A DNA stretch of 36,763 nt, taken from Ministeria vibrans ATCC 50519 (Eukaryota > Protista > Filasterea). How positions within the stretch are numbered: position 1 is the first letter of the stretch; each line of letters starts with the position of its first letter. The notes under the pieces are model-generated. The model saw nothing but the letters and a program-made list of their open reading frames with translations. It had not been told where the DNA came from and did no database searches. The DNA lies in contig CALSCP010000099.1 in assembly GCA_943704425.1 (NCBI GenBank), positions 78,383-115,145 on the forward strand. Direction: 5' to 3'. A program made the position numbers and the translations under genes. This document shows positions 22,588 to 32,900 of this stretch, in pieces.

Positions 22588-23924
22588 CAAACAACCATGC
22601 AAGGAATCAGATACATAAGATACATCTCAGCAATGAAACTTGAATACGTATCCAATTTGGCAGGCGGTGCATGCCACAGAGGAAATTGGGCTGTACTGTT
22701 TGGAAAAATTGAATGGTTAAAATTTCGTTAAAATTGGCAATGAAAAGAGCTCAGATTGCATACATATCCGGAAGCGCATGTGGCACAGCTACCCTGGTGA
22801 GCATTGGGGTTGTACTAAAACAACAACAACAACAACAAAAAGAATTAGATGATGAACAAGCAAACGAGCGTATGATACAGTTCCAGGTTGGCAACTTCGG
22901 CAGGAACTTGAATCAGAAGTCGCGGGATTGTACTATGAAAAGAAGAAGTGAGCGCGGTAAGATGGGAAACAGTCATTCGATACTGTTGCGGCGGGACAGC
23001 CGGCACACACGGGAGACCGACGACGCCGACGACGCCGTCCACCTCCAGAAACCCAGTACATGTACCAGCCCGGTCCACAGTAGGCACGAGTGTCTCGTTG
23101 GAGGGTAGTTTCAGAGTGGGTTAAGACAATTTCCACTTCAGCAGGCTTGAGAGCATCGATGATGTCCGGGTCAGTGTAGCTGCCAAAGGCGTCCTCGAGA
23201 TCTGACATGTTGAAAGTTCAACGTTTGCTTTAGAGCTGAATTTAAGAAATGTTCTCACCATTGGCATCCTCGGAGAAACGCCGATGAAGGGGTTGACGGT
23301 GCCGTGTGTCGTCTTCGCTCTCCTCATTCGTGTCAATCCCGCTTTCTACAAGACGAATACACAGAGCAAGACAAAATTAAATTTAGACTTCTATAAAAAT
23401 GTTTCGTTTTTTTTCTCCCCTCTCTCCCTCTGTCTCTCTGTCTCTCCCTCTCTTCAACTATACTGTCTATCAGCTCCCTATCAGCCTCGCACACACACAC
23501 ACACACTCTCTCTCTCCTTGTGGTCTTTTTGTCATCTTTTTCCTACCCAAAATCTCTTGCGTCCATTGTGTCAAATCCCCAGGCAACGGCTGTAGGTCGC
23601 CAGAGTCACGTGGAGAATGTCCTTTTACTCCTATTAGCAAAGAATTTAAAACAATAATAGTTATTAGTTAAAATAATAATTATTAATTGAAATAAAATAG
23701 TACGTCGGTTCAGTGGCATTTGGAAGGAGAGAAGGGGTTTGTTTTCGCTACGGAAACATAAATTATGAGCTTTGCTTCATCTTCGCAGATTATCCATACA
23801 CGTTTCCAATGGTCGTCGTCACACTGACAGCAGAAGCGTCGTTCTTTGCGATCGTCTTGGCTTGCGAGTGCGATAGGTGTACATACGCAATCAGAAGAAC
23901 GAACCCAAAAAAAATCCGCGTCAT
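15274..23924 (-). CDS. Giant type I membrane protein: signal peptide, acidic region, about 5 CxxC/GCC2-GCC3-like repeats, about 50 Ca-binding EGF repeats, unknown ~140-aa domain, EGF, TM, short tail
   Basis: ATG 23924 MTRIFFGFVLLIAYVHLSHS (signal-like). Small frame-compatible exons 23924-22452 splice into one large exon 22392-15274 (TG|C joins a Cys codon). Repeated D(V/I)(D/N)ECxSxPCxNGxTC modules; TM 'GVLAAIAIVAAIVGLIIVICAF' followed by RLYRAHCRRK; ends DSSSV*. The apparent frame break at the N gap is an assembly artefact. Confidence 0.88.
18713..21450. repeat. Internal 1368-bp (12-EGF, 456-aa) tandem duplication
   Basis: 18713-19589 is nearly identical to 20081-20957 (offset 1368; identical ORFs in the track, e.g. 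18855 and 20223). 19661.. matches 21238.. at offset 1368+209. Confidence 0.95.
20959..21056. other. Assembly gap (98 N) flanked by an identical 111-bp overlap
   Basis: 20848-20958 is repeated at 21057-21167. Confidence 0.95.
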
Positions 23925-25809
23925 GTTTTTGCCTAAGTAGCTAAGAGCCATTTTCAAGAGAAAAACATACAGTTTAAGTTTGATAGGTTCACTGGGTTCA
24001 CCTGGGTTGGATACTGATTATTATGCGCTGAGTGCGACTTTAATGAAAGGAAAATATTGCACTTATTATTCAGACCATCGAGAGTTTGCATGTGAATTTG
24101 TCGTCAATGAATAATGTATATCAGATTCTCGAGACTGAGAATGATGCATATAAATTATGGCTTTGAATGGGAAGCGTTATCGAAACGTTGGCGACAACAA
24201 TAGATTTCCCTCAGGTTATGGGAAAGTGTTCGGCAAGTGGAGATTGGGGAGCAACAGATTGGAACTTGAAAGCGAAAAGAGCAAAGAAGGAGCGGCCGGG
24301 GTCACCTTTGGACTTGGCTGGACGGACAGGGACAAAATGAAAAAAAGAAAACGGTTGCGCGTATTTTATGGATATTGCTCGGCCGCCGGGAACAGACGCA
24401 GACTTGCGCTCCTCAGTCCCAGCGAGTCACCAGATGTCTTTGTAGTACACATGTACCCTAGGTGGGCCGTACAGCCGGGCTTGCAAATTTTCCGGGACGA
24501 AGAAAGATGAAAAACTTCTGAAAAACTGAAGTGACAACTTCTGAGAAAACAAACCCCAACAATCCCAAGAGAGAGAGAGAGAGAGAGTTCAGAGAGAGAG
24601 AGGGAGGGAGGGCGAGAGACTAGAGAGAGAAAGCGAGAAATGGGAAAGAGTGCAGGAGACATACCAAAGGAAGTTTTGCTGATCCAAATGGACACGCGTG
24701 TTTCAGAAAAAAAAAAAACACTGAATTGTTTATTTGAATTGGATGACACTTAAGAAATACTCATGGACTCCTCATGGACATTTTCTGATTAAATATTTCT
24801 CAATTCTCTCACTATTTGCTGTCCAATACTCCACAGTTCAGACTTCAGTGAGTGAGTCCACTGACATTACTGGATAAAAGTGGATATTACGAGACTCACG
24901 CGCGCACGAATCCCCCAAGCCAATGGGGTTTGTGTTTTTCCGCGTCGTCCCGATTTGGAATAGCGCTAAATCGTCCTCTCTGTCGGGTTTTCCACTTGAG
25001 GGTCGCAGTCGTCTTACTAAACTGGTTCAGTCAAGTCTTAAGCCACCCGGTATTAGAGATCGGCCCGCCAGATTTTTTTTCTCGACAAAAATGTGGTAAA
25101 AAGAAGCGAACGAAAAAATCGACTGAAAAAGCTTAGCGTCGTCGACCCACCAATGACCAATCATTTTTTTATTGCTTTCCCCAGAGATATATCTATCTCT
25201 TCCCTCTCGACCAATTAAACGCCACTCCTGCAGACAAGAGTGGGGCGCGAATGGTATGTTGTTTTATCTCGTCTTTTACACGCACTGTCGCACTCACAGT
25301 CGAAACATTGTTCGTCCCAACCTCGTCTCAACTTTTGCTCTAGGCGAAACACTTTAAAGTCCAACGCCTCGCCAAGCGTACGTTGCAAGAGGTGTCTCTT
25401 ATTCTACTCCCAGATGCCATTGATGTAGTCGCAGTCCAAGCTGTAATAGAGAATAAGCATAGAATTCGTCCGAACGTCTTTGTTTTGCTCTTTTTTAGTC
25501 AGAGACGCTTCCACTGCTTCAAATCTGGGCCATAGATGGAACTGCGTCTACATGCAAGCTGGGAAGCGCCAAAGGCGATTGCACGTTTGCAATTTGGACT
25601 GGCTGCAGGTTTCAGCGGCCGTCCGAGCAGAATCCACTTCAACCCCATTATTTTGTCACTGGCTCTCGTGAGCAACGTAACGACATCGTCACGATCTTCC
25701 GCCTTCGTACGACATTTTATTATGCCTTTTGATTGTCTATTAATTTTGTGAATGATTTACACGGTCGACGTCGACTCGTGTAGATTGGGCGACTGCCTGC
25801 GGAAAAAAT

Positions 25810-25930
25810 ATGATGAAGTTGACGCACGACTGTTTGTTGTCGAAGAAACGCAAGGTAACAATAATAATAATTGTTAAAAAAAATAATCAATAATAATAAT
25901 AATAATTAATTAATTTTAATAATAATAATC

Positions 25931-26008
<78 letters not shown>

Positions 26009-26032
26009 GTAATAATAATAATAATAATAATA

Positions 26033-26063
<31 letters not shown>

Positions 26064-27534
26064 TTCTATTATAATTATAATAATAATAAATTGATTATTA
26101 TTAATTTTATTTTTGTTAATAATTATTATCATTATAATTATAATTAGTAATTTTGTATAAGAAAGGGAAAGAAAAGTAGAAAAGAGAATCATAATATTTA
26201 TGACGTACTGCTCTATGTCTTTGTTGAAGTACATGCGGGTCTCTATTATCTCTTTAAAATAATAATAGTTCTTTCTTTCATCTCACCAGTATGAGTGCTG
26301 CGGCGGGGCGCTCGGTAGTGCCGGCTGTTCGTTTGTGGTGGGACCACATGCTTGGAAGATGCTTGCCGACTGCCCGCCCGCTGTCGAATTCGCTGTGCGC
26401 TACCACACTCAGCGACAGTCGGGGTGCCTGACTCGCGACCTGGAAGTGGGCACTCTCCATCTCAAGGGTACACTTGTGATTCGCCCAAACCACAGTGTCG
26501 CGCTCTACGATGTCAACGACCGCCTTGTCCGCGTCGAAGAAAACCACCTCACTGCACTGGGCGCGCTTTGGAAATGCGATAAAGAACACCAAGCAGCGCC
26601 CCACATCACCAACTTTGTGGCAATGAACGGGGATAATGCGGAAGATGGCAGGGTTGAAATCACTGTCACTGGACCGATGGACTCTCAATGTCACTGTTAC
26701 TCTCTTCTGGTACGGCGAAACAGAGCAATCAAGTTACAGAACGTCTTAATAATTATTAGAAGAAGAATACAACCCATTTATTAATGATACAGTTGTTATA
26801 ATTATAAAATTTTTCTTTATTCGTAGCACGTTGATCCAAACTCGGTCGTACATGTTTACAACGGTGGTAAGGTACACGACGCCAACTATGTTCACCACTC
26901 TGCGGTAATTATTAATTCTATTGAATTTATGTTTCGAATTTATCTTTCGAGTGATCTATGCTTTTGCGCTGAACGTACTTTGTAGGCGAGCTTCACAGAG
27001 CAAACGATATACGAACCACCTATCCAGATGGTTGACCTTGACCATATCATTGCCCAATTCACTCATAATTATGACGAGGTTTACGGTTTTGGAGAGGCTG
27101 CAGCAAGTGCCGCACAACCGCAGTCGGAGGCATATGATAAGGTGTTTCATTTTGAAGAGGCTGCAGCAAGTGCCGCACAACCGCAGTCGGAGGCATATGA
27201 TAAGGTGTTTCATTTTGAAGAGGCTGCAGTAAGCGCCGCACAACCGGCATGTGTTATGCATTTGGGAGAGACTGCGGGAACCGACGATGCAGAGCCGCAG
27301 CAGGTGTACGGGAACAATGAGGTTGATTGCGAGTCTATTGAGGCGCAGTCGCAAGACACGAGTGACGCAGTGGAGGTTCAGTGCCAATGCGTCAATTCTT
27401 TTTCTCCGTCAGAGGATGAAACTCAGCAATCCGACCCGGACGAATGCGCTAATAATAATAGCACACACACTGCATATGAAGCCACGCACGATAATCCGGA
27501 GGCCACCAACGCGTACGGGTGTGTGGAATATTAA
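25810..27534 (+). CDS. Uncharacterised 4-exon protein: N-terminal Btk-type Zn motif, possible DUF2439/ZGRF1-N-like domain, acidic repetitive tail
   Basis: MMKLTHDCLLSKKRK|gtaaca...ccag|YECCGGALGSAGCSFVVGPH (H..CC..GC pattern); 'VEFAVRYHTQ..KGTLVIRPNHSVALYDVND..EITVTG'; exons ~25810-25854, 26290-26709, 26827-26904, 26986-27534, all phase 0. Confidence 0.6.
25858..26145. repeat. (TAA)n microsatellite in intron
   Basis: Long TAA tract with few interruptions. Confidence 0.95.
26757..26793 (-). repeat. Dispersed short element copy (reverse) in an intron
   Basis: tagaagaagaatacaacccatttattaatgatacagt, 16 kb from the nearest other copy. Confidence 0.85.
27093..27249 (+). repeat. 63-bp coding tandem repeat (EAAASAAQPQSEAYDKVFHFE, about 2.5 copies)
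   Basis: Direct repeat visible in the DNA and in ORF 27028..27534. Confidence 0.9.
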
Positions 27535-27953
27535 ACTCAATTCGAATAAAGAAGCAAAAATTCATGAGAAATTAGTAATAATAGTAAGTATTAGAGTAAA
27601 TACAATGCTTTTGCAATAGACTAACCCAAAAAATGGAGCCTTTCGACTCACAAAAAATTATACAATCAGAATGCAATAAAATGCTACAAAAATGAGTAAT
27701 AACAATAATTTTATTTGAGTCGCGACGAATGGTCGAGATTTGGTGTGGCAGGTTTAGATGACGGGCGGTGTAGGATTATCAATCAATATAACAATCAAAA
27801 AATGATTTTAACGATGCGTCGGTATAGAAACTCTAATCGTCGCTAATGATAATTAATTATTTTTCTTATTATTTTCTTGTTACTACTTCTCCGTACTCAG
27901 GGTATATTCAAAATTAAGTCTAAAAAGGAGGGGAAAAGGTCCGCGTTCCAGGA

Positions 27954-28517
27954 TTACACATCTGAGCTGATAGATGGGCCAATAGCTGACATTTCAAACT
28001 CGTCACAGTCGAGCGACGTGCCGAGTCCCGACTCTCTGGCCCATACCTTGAGGCGAGGCACGACCGCTGCCGTTGATGCGTCAGGTGGGCACGTAGTTGT
28101 CATTGTCGTAGACGCTGAAGATAGAGTCCGCGTGGCCGTCGCACTCGCCGCTGCCGCTGCGGCAACAGGTGGACGCGTTGTTGAACTCCGCGTGGCCGGC
28201 GCACCTGCCGCTGCCGCTGCCGCGACAGGTAGAGATGCCGTTGTCGTTGACGTGGACGGTGTCGATGAACTCCGCGTGGCCGGCGCACCTGCCGCTGCCG
28301 CTGCCGCGACAGGTAGAGATGCCGTTGTCGTTGACGTGGACGGTGTTGATGAACTCCGCGTGGCCGGCGCACCTGCCGCTGCCGCTGCCGCGACAGGTAG
28401 AGATGCCGTTGTCGTTGACGTGGACGGTGTCGATGAACTCCGCGTGGCCGGCGCACCTGCCGCTGCCGCTGCCGCGACAGGTAGAGATGCCGTTGTCGTT
28501 GACGTGGACGGTGTTCG
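27954..28517 (-). CDS. Terminal exon with an 84-bp Ser/Thr/Ala-rich tandem repeat (TPSTSTTTASLPVAAAAAAGAPATRSSS); possibly the C-terminal tail of the kinase gene
   Basis: At least 4 near-perfect 84-bp units run into the N gap. One minus frame continues into unique sequence ending AIGPSISSDV*. Linkage to the upstream gene is hidden by the gap. Confidence 0.5.
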   Translation of the reverse strand, partial: RTPSTSTTTASLPVAAAAAAGAPATRSSSTPSTSTTTASLPVAAAAAAGAPATRSSSTPSTSTTTASLPVAAAAAAGAPATRSSSTPSTSTTTASLPVAAAAAAGAPATRSSTTRPPVAAAAAASATATRTLSSASTTMTTTCPPDASTAAVVPRLKVWARESGLGTSLDCDEFEMSAIGPSISSDV

Positions 28518-29499
28518 NNNNNNNNNNNNNNNNNNNNNNNNNNNNNNNNNNNNNNNNNNNNNNNNNNNNNNNNNNNNNNNNNNNNNNNNNNNNNNNNNNN
28601 NNNNNNNNNNNNNNNNNNNNNNNNNNNNNNNNNNNNNNNNNNNNNNNNNNNNNNNNNNNNNNNNNNNNNNNNNNNNNNNNNNNNNNNNNNNNNNNNNNNN
28701 NNNNNNNNNNNNNNNNNNNNNNNNNNNNNNNNNNNNNNNNNNNNNNNNNNNNNNNNNNNNNNNNNNNNNNNNNNNNNNNNNNNNNNNNNNNNNNNNNNNN
28801 NNNNNNNNNNNNNNNNNNNNNNNNNNNNNNNNNNNNNNNNNNNNNNNNNNNNNNNNNNNNNNNNNNNNNNNNNNNNNNNNNNNNNNNNNNNNNNNNNNNN
28901 NNNNNNNNNNNNNNNNNNNNNNNNNNNNNNNNNNNNNNNNNNNNNNNNNNNNNNNNNNNNNNNNNNNNNNNNNNNNNNNNNNNNNNNNNNNNNNNNNNNN
29001 NNNNNNNNNNNNNNNNNNNNNNNNNNNNNNNNNNNNNNNNNNNNNNNNNNNNNNNNNNNNNNNNNNNNNNNNNNNNNNNNNNNNNNNNNNNNNNNNNNNN
29101 NNNNNNNNNNNNNNNNNNNNNNNNNNNNNNNNNNNNNNNNNNNNNNNNNNNNNNNNNNNNNNNNNNNNNNNNNNNNNNNNNNNNNNNNNNNNNNNNNNNN
29201 NNNNNNNNNNNNNNNNNNNNNNNNNNNNNNNNNNNNNNNNNNNNNNNNNNNNNNNNNNNNNNNNNNNNNNNNNNNNNNNNNNNNNNNNNNNNNNNNNNNN
29301 NNNNNNNNNNNNNNNNNNNNNNNNNNNNNNNNNNNNNNNNNNNNNNNNNNNNNNNNNNNNNNNNNNNNNNNNNNNNNNNNNNNNNNNNNNNNNNNNNNNN
29401 NNNNNNNNNNNNNNNNNNNNNNNNNNNNNNNNNNNNNNNNNNNNNNNNNNNNNNNNNNNNNNNNNNNNNNNNNNNNNNNNNNNNNNNNNNNNNNNNNNN
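28518..29499. other. Assembly gap (~980 N) between the 84-bp repeat and a GA-rich microsatellite
   Basis: N run; GA/GAGTAA repeats at 29500-29700. Confidence 0.97.
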
Positions 29500-29929
29500 G
29501 AGAGTAAGAGAGAGAGAGAGAGAGAGAGAGAGTAAGAGAGAGAGAGAGAGAGAGTAAGAGAGAGAGAGAGAGTAAGAGAGAGAGAGAGAGTGATAGAGAG
29601 AGAGAGTAAGAGAGAGAGAGAGTAAGAGAGAGAGAGAGTAAGAGCGAGCAAGCAAGCGAGAGAGAGAGAGAGAAAGAGAGGAGAAAGAAACAAAGTGAAA
29701 GAAAGAGGGTGAGAAAAAGAGAGAGAGAAGAGAAGGCGAAGAAAAGGAAAACAATAGAGGGAGGGAGAAAGATAAGTGAGAGAGACACACAGTAACGGAG
29801 TAGGAAGAAAGAACAAAATGAGAGTAAAGGAAATAGAAAACTTAATAGGTTTAGCGCACTTTCACAAGAATAATGGCACAGCAAATTAACAATTAAAATC
29901 ATTGATAATAATAAAAATAATAATAATAC

Positions 29930-32900
29930 CTCTGGGTAACTCCACTCTCGTTTAAAACAAGCATTGAATTGATTTTCAGAACTCGGTGTTTCCGGGCTGC
30001 GGAAAATCTCGAGTTCGTAAGGTGCAAGTTTGGCGTCCGCGTTGGTCGACAGAGCTCTGAGGAAATATAGCCAGAACTGGCGGAAATGTTGAAGAACACA
30101 GGAGGCGGAGGGGCGTCTTTTGGGATTGGACAGCCGACAGAACAGTGACACACGGTTGCTATCAAGAAAGAGTGTCAGGAATAAAAATAATAAAAATGGA
30201 CGGATGGCTTTCATAGAGGGTACGGTACGGAGTAGTAGGAATAAAAAAGAGAGAGTCTTACATGAATTTGGAAAACAGATTATTCGCATTGAGAATACTA
30301 CGACGTCGTGTGTTTTTCTCCAGATTGACGTGAACAGAGTAAGACCGCAAAGGTGTGACGCCCAAATTATGCGACAGCAGTTGCACCAACGCCTTCGCCC
30401 TCATGGTTTCCGATGCCACGTTTGCCTCGTTGGGGGTTATTTGTTCGGGTGCTCGAAACATCCCCCATAAAAGGTATCCAAGAGCATAAATGTCCGTCTT
30501 GGTTGAAGTCATGCCACGCCAGTGAATTTTGTTGCTTCGTTGCTCTTCAGCGGAAAACGGCGTTGGTGGTGGCTCGGTACTGCGAAAAAACCACCAAATG
30601 TAGTCTTCAGTGGCAGTGAAGGGCAGCAGCCACGGGTCTGCCTCAGGTGGAAGGATTCTCAGTGTGTTGGTGCTATGGATATACCCACGAGATGATGTCA
30701 GACGACGAACTATTCAACAAGGAAAAAAAAAAGAAAAAAAAATAGGGTACGTAATCGTCGCGGCCTGGCAACCGTTCCCGAGGGCCCAAGACAAGCCGTA
30801 GTCAAAGAGAAGAACGTTCTCGCCGTCATTGCTCACCATCACATTCCGCAAAGCCAAATCACTGAAGAGAATTAGAATTAAAAGACAGGAATAATTATTA
30901 GAGCAAAGACACAGTGTTTCGAGAGAGAAGGAGAGAGCTTAATTAATGAAGGCAGAAAGTAACAAAGTGGGAGTAGAGAAACAAAATTAAAAATAGAAGA
31001 GGGGTGAAATGCAAACAAAGTGATGCTTTCGCTTACCGATGCACAATGCATAGAGAGTGCATAAATTCCACTGCTTCCAGAAGTTGACAGGCAAACTTGA
31101 ACTAAAACAAATTAATAATTATTATAATTATTATAATTGAAAAAAAAAAAAACAAACCTACCCTCTTTGCAAAAGGAACGACTTCTCCCGAAAACAAATA
31201 TGACTGCGGGGACAATAGCAGTATTAATAATAATTATTAATATTATAAATCATTATTTTGATACTATACCGAAAGAGAACCATTTCGGTAGAGGGGCATA
31301 ATCAGAATGTACTCTAGATCTCTCGTGTTTTCAATTCGGTGCTTGACAAACCCAAACATATGTGCGCAGAACTGCTTGTGAAGTCCCATTCGCATAGACA
31401 TTTTAATCTCGTTCCTAGATATAGAAAAGAATAAACGTTACTCCGTACTTGCAGCGATGTACTCAATGGCACGACACAAGCCAAGGGCAAGCACATATAA
31501 GAATCATAGAAACAAAATGGAAAAAATATTAAAGCAACAGAGAACGACTTACTCGGCAGCAACAGAATTCCCTCCATTGGTCTGCATATTCGCATCCTCA
31601 GTCACAGTTGTAATCTTCACAACATAGGGTCCAAACCCATCCCTGCCTAAAACGTTGCCGTAGTAGATTTTACAATTTTCTTTGTCAACGAGGCAGTTTT
31701 CAAGACGAATGTCCACTTTGTAGGTGGCTGGTGGCACAACAACTATACACACGCCCAGATTGACGACCGTTAAAGGAGCAATAATCTTAGACGAAAGCAT
31801 TTTCGTGTTGTCGCCCCGCGAGAACGCCATCGAGCTCGTTCCAGTGATCTCCGAGTAAAACTCATGTCCAGAATTCGCGAGGGACTCGCTCAATGTGCGC
31901 TTGTTCCAGAAACACAGCAACCTTTTCGTTTTGAAAATCCACGCCACAATCACAACAATGACGATGAAAATGCCGGCAGAAACGGCTCCAATCAATGGAG
32001 CTAAGCTTTTTTGACGACAGGAAAAGCTACCGACGGTGTTGACGCAAGTGCTTTTCTTGTCACAGGGTGCACTGGTGCACTCGTCGATGTCTTCTTCGCA
32101 CAGGGCACCAGTAAAGCCGCCCATACACACACAGGCAAACTGATTGACGGCGTCCTCACAAGTACCACCATTGGTACAGGGACTCGACGCACACTCGTTC
32201 AAGTCTGTCTCGCATCGGTGCCCCGAGAAGCCGCTGGCACAGAAGCATTGAAAATTGTCGCTGGTCGATCCTTGGGAGCATGTGCCGTCGTTGGAGCAGG
32301 GCGACGAGGCACACTCGTTAATGTCCATCTCACACCAAACGCTTGTGAACCCGCTGGCACACAAACACGTAAAGTGATCCGCTTCGTTCATGCACGTACC
32401 ACCATTGGTGCAAGGACTCGACGCGCACTCGTCCACGTCGCTCTCACACAGCATGCCAGTGTAGCCACTTTGGCACACACACGCAAAAAAATTGGGCAAT
32501 GCACCTTGGTTGCACGTGGCTCCGTTGTGACACGGCGTCGACGCACACTCATTCATGTCACCCTCGCAAAGGGTTCCGGTGAACCCGGCGGCACAGGCAC
32601 ACGAGAAGGCGTCCACACCAATGCTGTGCGAACAGGAAGCGCCATTGGCACAAGGTGATGACGCACACTCGTCGACGTCGTTCTCGCATCGAATGCCCAT
32701 GAATCCCAAAGGACATTCACACAGAAAGATGTCTGGCGTGCTGCCTTGCGAGCAGGTGCCACCGTTGGTGCAGGGACTCGAGGCGCATTCGTCCACGTCC
32801 GTCTCGCATTGAAGTCCCCAGAACCCATCGGCACAAAAGCACTGAAAGAAGTCGGCGCTCGATCCTTGAGAACACGTACCGCCATTAGAGCAAGGCGACG

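Noticed and set aside
15274-23924. Calling the giant EGF gene Notch, Delta/Jagged or Crumbs
   Set aside because: No LNR/NOD/ankyrin, DSL/MNNL or LamG domains are visible, and the tail lacks the Crumbs ERLI terminus.
23940-25800. Possible decayed transposase or small gene (minus-strand frame with stops, ~25215-25700; ORF 24157-24510)
   Set aside because: No convincing catalytic motif, terminal repeats or consistent exon chain could be established by eye.
27877-30289. ORFs of 460-730 aa spanning the N gap
   Set aside because: Their length is an artefact of N translation and stop-free repeats.
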